A DNA stretch of 35,931 nt from the IMG/VR virus record IMGVR_UViG_3300029953_000013. The stretch is one strand, 5' to 3'. A model generated the notes under the pieces. That model saw only the letters and a program-made list of their open reading frames with translations. It made no database searches and was not told where the DNA came from. The position numbers were made by a program, and so were the translations under genes. This document shows positions 1 through 9,500 of the stretch, in pieces (positions within the stretch are counted from its first letter, which is position 1; every line of letters starts with the position of its first letter). Source of the stretch: a virus (lineage: Duplodnaviria; Heunggongvirae; Uroviricota; Caudoviricetes).

Positions 1-60
1 GGCGTTGATTTTGTAGGAACTACTGTCACCGAACTCCCCGCTGGCTGCATGGACATGTGA
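1..60 (+). CDS. 3' end of an upstream gene (truncated by window; possibly the major tail protein by position)
   Basis: Frame 1 is open from base 1 (GVDFVGTTVTELPAGCMDM) to TGA at 58-60. The identity is a positional guess only. Confidence 0.35.
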   Translation, partial: GVDFVGTTVTELPAGCMDM

Positions 61-61
61 C

Positions 62-68
62 GGTGGTA
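62..68 (+). promoter_or_regulatory. GGTGGTA junction motif
   Basis: Lies immediately after the upstream stop and is followed by AT-rich sequence; same heptamer as at other junctions. Confidence 0.5.
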
Positions 69-124
69 ATTTAGCACAATAACTGTTGCCAACTATGGAT
101 GGCTCTATTCTCAATGGAGAGAAA

Positions 125-790
125 ATGTCATCCCCTACCCAGGCTGCGGCTGAAACGGTAGCGCCCGAAGTGCGGCGTATTACTGCCAAGGAATATCTCG
201 CTTTGGCAAAGACGGATCGCCCAAAGATCCTGCGCGAAAAGACTGTGAATGTTCCGCTCAATGATGAAGTTGAGATGGGCATCACCGTGCGGCAGCTTAC
301 CAAAAAGCAGATCGACCTTCTGAATGGGCGTGTGCTGGGTGCTATGCCTGTGGTGCCTACCGTATCACAGACCTATTCCACCATTCACACCGATCCCATC
401 ACCGGCAAGGCTCGGCGTCCTGGCACCTACCAGGAGCAGAACGCAGATGACCCCAAGTACAAGCAGAGCATCGAAGTGTGGTTCAACAATGCCTGTGTGT
501 GGATGGCTCTCTTGTCTGCGGCTGAAGACCTCGGCGTTACTACGGAGAACATCGAAGAGCGCTTCAACGAGATCGAAGATGAGCTTCCCGGTCCTGCACT
601 TCTGCGCGTTGCTATCGAGGCAGCGCAGATGAACGAAGGTTTGAACCTTGCCGACCAGCTTATGAACCAGATTCGCAGTAACGATGCGATCATGGAGCAG
701 GTTGCGGAGTTTGAGGCGCTTCAGGAAGAGGCTGAGAGGCTTCGTGCAGCCGCGCCCGTTGCAACCCCGGCTGAAGCCAAGGCTGAATAA
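125..790 (+). CDS. Tail assembly chaperone-like protein (G-like)
   Basis: Acidic, helical protein with ITVRQLT near the N-terminus, as in many tail chaperones. It lies upstream of the TMP and resembles the next gene. ATG 125 has GGAG at 116-119; alternative starts are 86 (TTG) and 95. Confidence 0.6.
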   Translation: MSSPTQAAAETVAPEVRRITAKEYLALAKTDRPKILREKTVNVPLNDEVEMGITVRQLTKKQIDLLNGRVLGAMPVVPTVSQTYSTIHTDPITGKARRPGTYQEQNADDPKYKQSIEVWFNNACVWMALLSAAEDLGVTTENIEERFNEIEDELPGPALLRVAIEAAQMNEGLNLADQLMNQIRSNDAIMEQVAEFEALQEEAERLRAAAPVATPAEAKAE

Positions 791-792
791 GC

Positions 793-1494
793 ATGAACCT
801 TGAAGCAACTACCAGACTGGTTGCGGAGCGTGAGCTAATCACATCCAAAACGCTTGAGCTTACCGCTGGTGGTTGCTCTATCACATTCTGCCTTGAGACA
901 ATCAACGCAGATGCCAAGAGGAAGCTGAAAGCGGGATACGATGAACGCTTTCCGGTGCCACCTGTGATTGTTCACAAAACGCCCGTAGGCACTGCGGCAA
1001 GGTTCGATCTTGAGAGCGAAGCCTACCAAGCGAAGCTGACCGAATGGTATGAGTCGCTGTCTTATGGGGTTCTAGGGTCAACCTTAGGACTTACGGATGA
1101 TGAAGTCCGGGATTTGGAAAACTGCCTTCCGGCTGAATTCATGTCGGAACTGTTTTCCACAGCCTCTTTGATCAACGGCGTTCAATCCGAACCGCTTGCC
1201 GACATTATCAAAGACGCCATGTGGGCACCTGAGGTTCTTGCCTGGATCGAGACATACAAGGCGAAGGGGGATGAGGTTCAAGTTACGGACACGCCCCTTT
1301 TCCGCCAAATGGAAGCCATGATCGAAGCCGGTTTCACATTCCGGCAATGGGATGACCTTTCCCCACGAGAGCGGATGTTGGTCATCAACTGGCACGAATA
1401 CAAGATGGTGCGCGAAGGCTACATCTCCTGGTGGACCACAAACAAGCACGCAAGCCCCCAGTCACCAAACCCGATGCGTAGGATGGTTGAATAA
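793..1494 (+). CDS. Tail assembly chaperone-like protein (paralog of previous gene with T-like C-terminal extension)
   Basis: Aligns by eye to 125..790 (PVxP, Y-x6-W[FY], LG[VL]T, [IL]ExxLP, LAD). The extra C-terminus FRQWDDLSPRERMLVINW resembles gpT-type segments. Confidence 0.55.
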   Translation: MNLEATTRLVAERELITSKTLELTAGGCSITFCLETINADAKRKLKAGYDERFPVPPVIVHKTPVGTAARFDLESEAYQAKLTEWYESLSYGVLGSTLGLTDDEVRDLENCLPAEFMSELFSTASLINGVQSEPLADIIKDAMWAPEVLAWIETYKAKGDEVQVTDTPLFRQMEAMIEAGFTFRQWDDLSPRERMLVINWHEYKMVREGYISWWTTNKHASPQSPNPMRRMVE

Positions 1495-1961
1495 TGGCAA
1501 TTTGGAATAAAACCGCAAACGAGCTTGCCGAACGGCGCAATAGCTTTCTTCGGGATCTTGGGCATGTCGGTATGGATGTCACCTATCGGGTGATGACTAC
1601 CGTTGGTGGCACCTGGGATAACGTTCAAGATGCCCTCGTGGGAGGCACCCAGCAGCCCCAGGACACGTTGTTCCCCAAATCTGGTCTACTGGTGCCAATC
1701 AAACAGATGGACGATTCTGGCGAAGGAATGCGCATGAATCAGAAGATGGTCGTTGCCGGTGGGCGCAAGATGGCTGGGGTGGACATCACCACTATGGCGA
1801 TCATCCGCTTCAACGTGAACATCCCACTCAGCTTTGATGCAATTTACCTCATCGGCAATGCAGCCCTCGGGCTTCAGCAGTACCACCTTGACGCCATCAT
1901 CAATACCGTTGCCATTGGTCCACTTCCGCTTTGGAATGAAGTGCGCATGGTCAAGTTCTAA
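1494..1961 (+). CDS. Putative head-closure/head-tail adaptor protein
   Basis: 155 aa with a beta-rich pattern (VTYRV...IIRF...IYLIG..QQYHLDAI...EVRMVK) typical of SPP1 gp16-like proteins; TAATG overlap at both ends. Confidence 0.5.
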   Translation: MAIWNKTANELAERRNSFLRDLGHVGMDVTYRVMTTVGGTWDNVQDALVGGTQQPQDTLFPKSGLLVPIKQMDDSGEGMRMNQKMVVAGGRKMAGVDITTMAIIRFNVNIPLSFDAIYLIGNAALGLQQYHLDAIINTVAIGPLPLWNEVRMVKF

Positions 1962-2725
1962 TGGCAAAATCCATTGAGCAGCAAGTTGATGCCATCGAGA
2001 CTTTTATCCTAAAGTCGGTCAGGGATGCTCTGCTCACGGATTCATTCAAGGCAATCAACAAAAGCCTTCCCAGCTATGACCGGGCTGTAAAGGGAGCTTG
2101 GAAGGACGCAGCGGCAGACCACTTCGCCAATGATGTTCCGCACGCTTACCGGCGCACCAACGCTATCGCGGACCCTAGCATTGCCAAGATCAGTGTGTCG
2201 AAGGTTTCCCTGTTCGACCCGAATACCATTTCGAGCGAATTGTTCATCACTCTTGATGGTGAAAAGGTTCTCGATCTTCACAAGAAGGCGCAAGTCACAT
2301 TGGCGGATCGGGATCAAGGTAAACCTTCGCCCAACTTCGCCCAACTGATTCGCTATCCATGGAACAAAGACGCCGCCGGTCAACTGTATTTCCCTGCTAT
2401 GACTGCCCCGGAAGCCGGTGTGGTGGGTTCCATGCAGAAGCAGCAGCATACCTATTTGGCGGAATATTTGATGGCTGGTCCTAACAGCCCAAATCAGCCT
2501 ATCGTCTACCGCGCATTGGGAAACTCTGGTGGCAGTTCTCACGATGCCGCCAAGGGGTTGGATTTGATGAACACCTTCCTTTGTGACCTGGGAATGCTTC
2601 CGGTTGGTAAGGTAGAGGCATGGACCTACGCCGATTTCGATCCGGGTCATGCTGGTGTAATCGATAGCTTGGTTGATGATATTGCGAAAAAGTTAACAGG
2701 GTCTATAGAGATCGTGTTTGGCTAA
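1961..2725 (+). CDS. Putative neck/tail-completion protein
   Basis: Position between closure-like and terminator-like genes; coupled by TAATG. No diagnostic motif recognised. Confidence 0.4.
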   Translation: MAKSIEQQVDAIETFILKSVRDALLTDSFKAINKSLPSYDRAVKGAWKDAAADHFANDVPHAYRRTNAIADPSIAKISVSKVSLFDPNTISSELFITLDGEKVLDLHKKAQVTLADRDQGKPSPNFAQLIRYPWNKDAAGQLYFPAMTAPEAGVVGSMQKQQHTYLAEYLMAGPNSPNQPIVYRALGNSGGSSHDAAKGLDLMNTFLCDLGMLPVGKVEAWTYADFDPGHAGVIDSLVDDIAKKLTGSIEIVFG

Positions 2726-2731
2726 ATCGTT

Positions 2732-2738
2732 GGTGGTA
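2732..2738 (+). promoter_or_regulatory. GGTGGTA junction motif
   Basis: In the 33-nt intergenic gap, 20 nt before GTG 2759. Confidence 0.5.
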
Positions 2739-2758
2739 GTTAAAGATGAGGTAAAATT

Positions 2759-3508
2759 GTGACCGATATTGTGTATCTCTCTGGTGAGGATTTTGCCTCT
2801 CAAATCGCTTATCAGATCAAGGCAATCCTTTTGGAATGCCCTGAACTGATCATTGCTATGCCTGGATTTACGCAGGATATGACCGGGGCGAACATCTTGC
2901 AGTTCCCAGAGATTGGGGTTCTCTGGAATACTGTAACCCTCACCGGGAATGTAGGCAATTACACCCCTCAGGTTTTCACAACGGACGGGCTGACTGCACG
3001 CCTAAACTTCGCCACTACGCAAACCGGAGCGGTGACTGTGAACAACTACAGCCGGGCAAGTAGCTACATTCTCGCCAACATCAATGATCTTCAGACCAAT
3101 TTGTTTACTTATTTTGGTGATCCGAATATTGGCAGCAAAATGGTCAACCACGTTCCGGTTGTAGTTCCGCTTGTGAATCGGGATAAGACCAAGCTCGTTA
3201 GGTATGCTGCTGGTTGTGAAGTTGTGCAGGTCCATGGTGTTATCGCCATTTATGGCGGCAGTGATCAGGGCAGCATCCAAAACGTAAAATTGGAAGCAGC
3301 AAAATTCTATCGCTTCGTTCGTGCGTATAAATTCTTGTTTTCTCAGAAAGGGCTTACCCAGGCTCAGTTTGAGATGCCAGATTATTCCATCTACAAGGAT
3401 TCCCTGTATGAAGCGGCAATCCCTTTCACAGCGATGGTGACACTGCAACCAGCACCACAAACCACCGAAGTTCCTTTCGGCACAACGCTTCCACCAACAC
3501 CAGTATAG
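2759..3508 (+). CDS. Putative tail terminator-like protein
   Basis: N-terminal helix followed by a Pro-containing strand (IKAILLECPEL...QFPEIGVLW) and an alpha/beta C-terminal half; GTG start with GAGG upstream. Confidence 0.45.
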   Translation: MTDIVYLSGEDFASQIAYQIKAILLECPELIIAMPGFTQDMTGANILQFPEIGVLWNTVTLTGNVGNYTPQVFTTDGLTARLNFATTQTGAVTVNNYSRASSYILANINDLQTNLFTYFGDPNIGSKMVNHVPVVVPLVNRDKTKLVRYAAGCEVVQVHGVIAIYGGSDQGSIQNVKLEAAKFYRFVRAYKFLFSQKGLTQAQFEMPDYSIYKDSLYEAAIPFTAMVTLQPAPQTTEVPFGTTLPPTPV

Positions 3509-3509
3509 G

Positions 3510-3524
3510 ATGTGATTTTCACAT
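3510..3524. promoter_or_regulatory. Perfect 6-bp-arm palindrome ATGTGA-TTT-TCACAT (operator-like)
   Basis: Seen directly in the intergenic region upstream of the TMP. Confidence 0.45.
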
Positions 3525-3536
3525 AGCCGATTTTCA

Positions 3537-3566
3537 TACCACCCCTTGCGAATTGTAGGGGTGGTA
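3537..3566 (+). terminator. 10-bp stem-loop TACCACCCCT-N10-AGGGGTGGTA followed by GTTCTTT (weak terminator/attenuator candidate); contains GGTGGTA at 3560-3566
   Basis: Perfect 10-bp inverted repeat. The T-tract is short and TATACT follows at 3575-3580. Confidence 0.45.
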
Positions 3567-3594
3567 GTTCTTTGTATACTTGCTTGGGGAAAAC

Positions 3595-6500
3595 ATGGCA
3601 ACGAAGTCAATCAATATCGGTATTAAGGTCGGGACTGATCTTTCCAATTTCGTGAAAGAGATCGATGCAGTCAAACAGTCTCTTATCGGGCTGGACAGTG
3701 GTGTAACGTCATTCACAAATTTGACCAAGGCAACCAAGGAGTGGGAAGAAGCCCTCAAAATCGTCAATAGCAGCCTGGATGCTATCACAGGCAAGCTTGC
3801 TCAAATCAAGTTGCCTTCCGGTGCCGCAGCCTCACGCGCAGCAGCAGGGGCAACCGGTTCCCGTAGTAACTCATTCACTGGCGGTCCTGGAAGCCCAAGC
3901 GGCTTGTCCTTCGTAGGCATGAACAAACAGCAGCTTGCGCAGTATGCAGAAATTCCCCTTCTTCTCAGGAATGCGACCCCGGCAACCCTGGCGTTGGCGA
4001 AGAAGCGGTTTGATCCCTGGCAAAATAGTGTCCGCACCACAGATGAAGAGTTTGGTCGGATGGGCGCTTCCAAGCGGGAGTTGAGTAACCCGAATTGGAC
4101 TCGGCAGCAAATGGCGAAGTCCGGTAAGTCTTTTGAGGAAGAGGAAAATAACCGGATCGAGGCGCTTGCGGATAACGCACGCCAGACTCAGATGTTCCGC
4201 GCCCGAAACAGCTTGGCAAGTGCATTGTCCAGGCAGATCGAAGCCAAGGGCGCGGGCATGGAAGCCAGCGGTGAAACCCTTCGGCGGAATGAAGCGGTAA
4301 GGCAAGCTCGGCGCATTCGGGCAACCGATGCAGACCTTGTTGGCACAGCCAAGCAAGAAGACCTTGAAAAGCGGTTGGTGGCGAAGCCCTTTGAGGATCA
4401 GGTTGAGGCAGAAAAGGCGCGGGATCGGGATCGGTCGATCAACCAAGGGATCATCCGTAGGGATGCCCAGGCACAGCAGCGTCAAATTTCAGCGACCGAT
4501 GCTGAAAGGGTAGCGGATCGCCAGCAAGCGGAAGTTCTGCCTAAGCAGTTCATCCACGAGGAAACCAAGCGCGTTGCCGACAATGCTGCAACCCGGCAGA
4601 TGGAAGACAATGAAATTGCTCTTCAGCGCAATGAGTGGAAGTCCCGTTTCACCAATTCCATGGTGGATGGGCGTGAGCTTTCCGATGATATCAAAATGGC
4701 GCGGCGTAATGGCACGCTCACCCCTGATCATCTTGAGCGGGGCGCAGCAGCACTTGACGATTACCACGCTACACGCGAAAAGCTCAAGCAGGTTCGTGAC
4801 GGCAAAGAGGTAGAAGGATTTGAAGGCGTTGATGCCGAAACCGCTACAAAGGCAATCGGAACCATCAACGGTCAGATTCGGAACATGACCGGCGCACTTC
4901 ACGAAGCTAAGAGCGGCTTCATGGATACCATCAAAACTGCCTTGGGCTTTGGCTCGGCAGTAGTCGGTATGCAACAGGTTATCGGCGCACTGAAGGAAAT
5001 GTATCGGGCTGCTGTCCAGGTGGATGAGGTCTTCACAAAGGTCCGCGCTGCTGCTTCCCTCGTGTCTGACCCCAACCGGAGGGCGCAGATCATCCAAGGA
5101 ACCCTCCACGGCTCCCTGGCGGCGTCTACGGGGCTTGGAATGGACCTTGGGGAAGCTTCCCAGGCGCAGCTTGCGGTTCGGATGAACGGTAAGGGCGGTC
5201 CCGGCACTGAAGCGCTTGCCAAGACAATCACCAATCTGGTTTATACCGGTATAGGCAACGTCGATACCTTCAGGAACGCCTTGGTGCCTATGCGTAACGC
5301 TGGGCTGGATGATGGCACTATCGCTCACCATTTGGAGACAGTCAACACTCTGTCTGCAAACGCCGGTATGTCTGATGATCGCCGCCGAAGTTTCCTTCAG
5401 TCGCTTTCTTCCAACATGGGTGGCTTGGGCACCATCGGTGACATGAATACCATCATGGCGATGTCTTATCAGGAAGCCGAAGTATCGAAAGACCCTTCCC
5501 GTAACAGCCGCCTCAACCGCTTGGAAGTGGGACTTCAGAACCCGAAGAACCTTGAACGGTTGAAGCAGATTCTTAGCCGGAACGGGGAGCGGTACGATAT
5601 CGGCGGGATGTCCATTGATGGAATTCTTAATAACGGAAACCCCCAGTCAACCGTAAACATGCTGGCGGAATTGGGTCAGTCAGGGCAGCTTTCCCACCAG
5701 GAAATGCGTGCCGTTTCTCAGACGATTGATGCCCGTACTTCTCCTGGCACCTTCGCCTTACTCACCAAGGACATGGATACCGCAAAGGAAGCCGTTTCCC
5801 TGGCATCCAACAAAACAGCCTACGGCTTCAATACCTCAGAGGACGCCGCCAAGATTCAGTCTGAGTCCCTTGGGGAATCCACCAAAGCGGTCATGAATTC
5901 CTTCAATACCCTTATGGGGGTTGGAATCGGTCCTGTTGCCGAAGGGATGAAATTCCTTGCCGCCCTTCTTTCTCCCGCAGGGCAAGCAATTGGAACTGCT
6001 GGAGCAAACGCACGCGCAGCAAGCACCAATTTGCTGGACTTTGGTAAGTCTGTAGCTGTAGCGGCAACCACCATGACAGCGCTGAAACTTGCTGTAATGG
6101 GCTATGAGGCAGCGGAAAATTCTGCGGCTGTTGGCAAGGTAATGTCTGCGGTTTCCAATTCAGGTGGCAGCATTTTCGGTGCTGCTGGAGCAGCTTTGGG
6201 TGCAATGAACCCCGTTACTTTGGGATTGATGGGCGCTGGAGCGGTTGTAGGTGTAGGAACGTTTGCATACAACAAATACGAGGAAAAGCTTGCTGGCTAT
6301 CAACATGCAGCAGATGAAAACGCCTCTGCTAATGTATGGAAACAGAACGGGTCTGCTACAAAGGCGACTGATCTTTCTTCATATGTAGCGCAACTGACAA
6401 AGCTTCACGATGAAGGCAAACTGACACTGGATGAGCAGCACCAGATGCAAGCAAAAATTGCGACCGCCGTAGGTGATCGTGACGCCGCCGAACGCATTGT

Positions 6501-9500
6501 GCTTCAGACGTTGAAGGGGCAGACCAAGGAACTGCAAACCCAAATGGATATCCTTGGGCACAAGCAGGTAGGCACCACCCAGGACAATTCTGCCGCAATG
6601 TTGTTTAACTCGTTCACCAGGGACGGGACGAATGTTAACGACTTGGTGCAAGACCCGAAAAAGCTTGCGTGGATGAATTCTAACCCATCCATTAGCCAGG
6701 ACTTCAAGAACAACATCAATAAGCGCGTTAGCGACTATAACAAGGCTGTAGCAGACCAGAACTGGCAAGGTGCCGGTACTATCGGCGGCGCTGTTATTTC
6801 TGACACTGATGCATTCAAGTCAGAAGTTCCCAATTTGACATCTCGCGGAATGAAGATTTCGCTGCACGATACGAAACTTGCGGCGGAAAACTTTAACATC
6901 TCCAAGACACAGTTTGATCTTGCCGATAGTGAAACCCGTAAGCGTATGGCTACGGATCTTGCGTCTGGCATGAGCAAGAAGGGTGTACTTAGCACATCCG
7001 ATCTGGTCGATGGCTACATTGCGAAAGTCACAGCTTCCGGCGAGAACCTTGACCCAATGCGGGATCGTATTGAATTCGGATCAAAGGCGTTCACTGACAA
7101 GAACCTCAAGAATCTTCCGGCTGCAATTCAGCAATACACCAACGGCGTTTTGTCTAACAGCCCTTCGGAAGTAAATGATTTTGGCAAGCTTTCTGCGGAT
7201 AAGGTCAAAGCGCTCCTGGGTGGCGAAAACGCTTCCGCGTTCATCAAAACCCTTCCCCAAAAGGGACAGGCGCAAGCCTATACGCTTTCCGCATTGTTGG
7301 GTATTCAGAAAGAACACTCCAACGACAACCCGGACAAAGCCGCTGCAATAGTGGGAACGGGTTCAGAGAAGGCAACCGAAGTAGCAACCCTCACAACCGC
7401 AAAGTCGGGCTACGCCAAGGCTCTTGCCCAAGGTGATTGGACTTCTGCCCAGCACTTCATGGACATGATGGGCATGAATGGAGATAATTCGGCGGTCGGT
7501 CGGCAAAAAAGGCTTGATGCAGCTTGGGCGGCTGATCACAGCGTGAACGGCAAGGGGGGCAGTGGCGAATACCAACGCTGGCTCAAATCAGATCCTTCAT
7601 TGAGCAAGAAGAGCCTGGAAGATCAAAGGATACTGTGGGAAGCGAAAACCGATTCCTCAAAGCTTTCATTCAGTGATCCGGCTTTCGCCAAGCTTGACGG
7701 CAATGCGATTCGCACATATGCGAAGTCGAAGGCAGAAGAGAACTTCGCCCCCCGCTATGATGCAATCGTGGGCGGGCTGGACCTGAAGCACATGTCTCCT
7801 GATGAAGTTAACCTTGCCATGCTTCGGGCGGATGTTGAAAAACATACGTCATATAACGATACTCTCATGGGCATTAAGAATGGCGTGGGCGTCACAGGTG
7901 ATGCCCCGATGGCAGCGATTCTTGCCGCCCATCCTAACTTGGATGCAGAGCTTAATACGAACAACCTTTCCGGGATGTCTGCCCAACGCAAGCTTGATGC
8001 AGCCACCCTTGAATCAACGATGTATCCCCAAAAGATCGGGATGGTTAGCACGGAGCTTAGTCTTACCCCTGCCTTGAAATATGGTAACTCGCAGGAAAAG
8101 GGACAGGCTGAAAGAGCACTTCTTCAGGCTCAACTTGACATTACAAAGAGCCAGTACGACACCATGAAAGACATGCAGGGGATTGACGATAAAAAGGTCG
8201 AAAATCTCACCAAGCAAGCAGAGCTTTACGAAAAGATTAACGAAGCTGCTGAGTCAACCAAGCGCACCCAGGCGGCGGCTGCTGAAGGGGATGCGTTTGC
8301 ACACAGCATCATTTCAGAGGCGGTGAGCGGAAACGCGCTAGGTCGTAACAAGCGCATGATCGGCACAATGCGGGATACCATCAACAAGGGCACTGAGGAC
8401 CGCGAATTCAATACCCTTGAAAGGACCGGGAAGGTATTCGGGGACGATGTAAATAACCCGCTGTCTTTCCTTGGTAAAACCCTGTTTGATCCCACTGGCG
8501 AGAAGAGCAAGGGTGCCTCGATGGCTGGTTTGGTTGAGTCCAATCGGGACTTGATCAAAGCGCTGGACGCTCTTCGTGATTCCGTTTCTGGAAAGGGCTC
8601 TGGTTCCAGTTCTTCTAGCGCTTCAACCGGCGCGGCTGGCAGCATTGCACCTGGGAAATCGGCGGTCCTGGGGATGACTCATGGGGCGGATACTCCCGGC
8701 AAGTCGGTCTTCCCTCCCGGCACCAAGCTTGGTCCTAACGGCGAACCCACCATCACCAAGGTCATTGATGGTAAGGAAGTCCAGGTAGACGCCAAATCAG
8801 GTGAGGTTGTGCCAACTCACACAGATGATGGTTCCAGCCCCGCAGGAGCCTCCGGGAGCCTCCCAAGTCTTCCAGGCATCCCATCGGGCGACATTGCCCT
8901 TCCAAGCGTTTCTGGTTTAACAGTTCCTACCCTTTCTGGTCCACCAGCGCTGGGTATGAATGCTGGGGATGGCACTTCAGGCGGCGAAGAAGTAGCAGCC
9001 ACTTCCATTGCTAGGGAAGACAACCTCAAGGACGGTCAGACTCAGGCAGCGAAGGACAAGGAGCAGTCACAGCGGATCGCCGCTGGTAAGTCGCCCTTGA
9101 GCCAGATTGGCGCAGGGTTCATGCATGGGATCGATAAGAACACCTTCACAGGCTATGGGGCAGGAAACTTCACCAGCGATGGCAAGGGCGGCTACACAAC
9201 CCAAGTCACAGCCGCAGATGGCACGGTTAGCAACGTGCCTGTTGGTAAGGGTGTAGACCCCACCACTGGTGGCATGTCAAATTCCGGCATCGGATCAAGC
9301 GTTTCAGCGGGTGTGGGTATCGGGCTTGCTGCTTACTCTGGCTATGCCGCCCAGCGCGGTAATGGTCAAGCCGCTCAAAACTGGGGCGGCGTAGGTGGTG
9401 GTTTGATGGCTGGTTCCGCAGTCGTGGGTGAAACCACTGGCGGGACCGGTTACGGTGCTGTGGTTGCTGCGGCAATGGCAGTGGCAGGTTTGGCAGCAGA

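Noticed and set aside
740-800. Programmed -1/-2 frameshift joining the two chaperone genes
   Set aside because: No slippery heptamer near the first stop, and the second gene has its own ATG and repeats the first gene's domain.
3510-3524. CRP-binding site
   Set aside because: The half-sites match TGTGA/TCACA, but they are separated by 4 nt rather than the 6 nt CRP requires.
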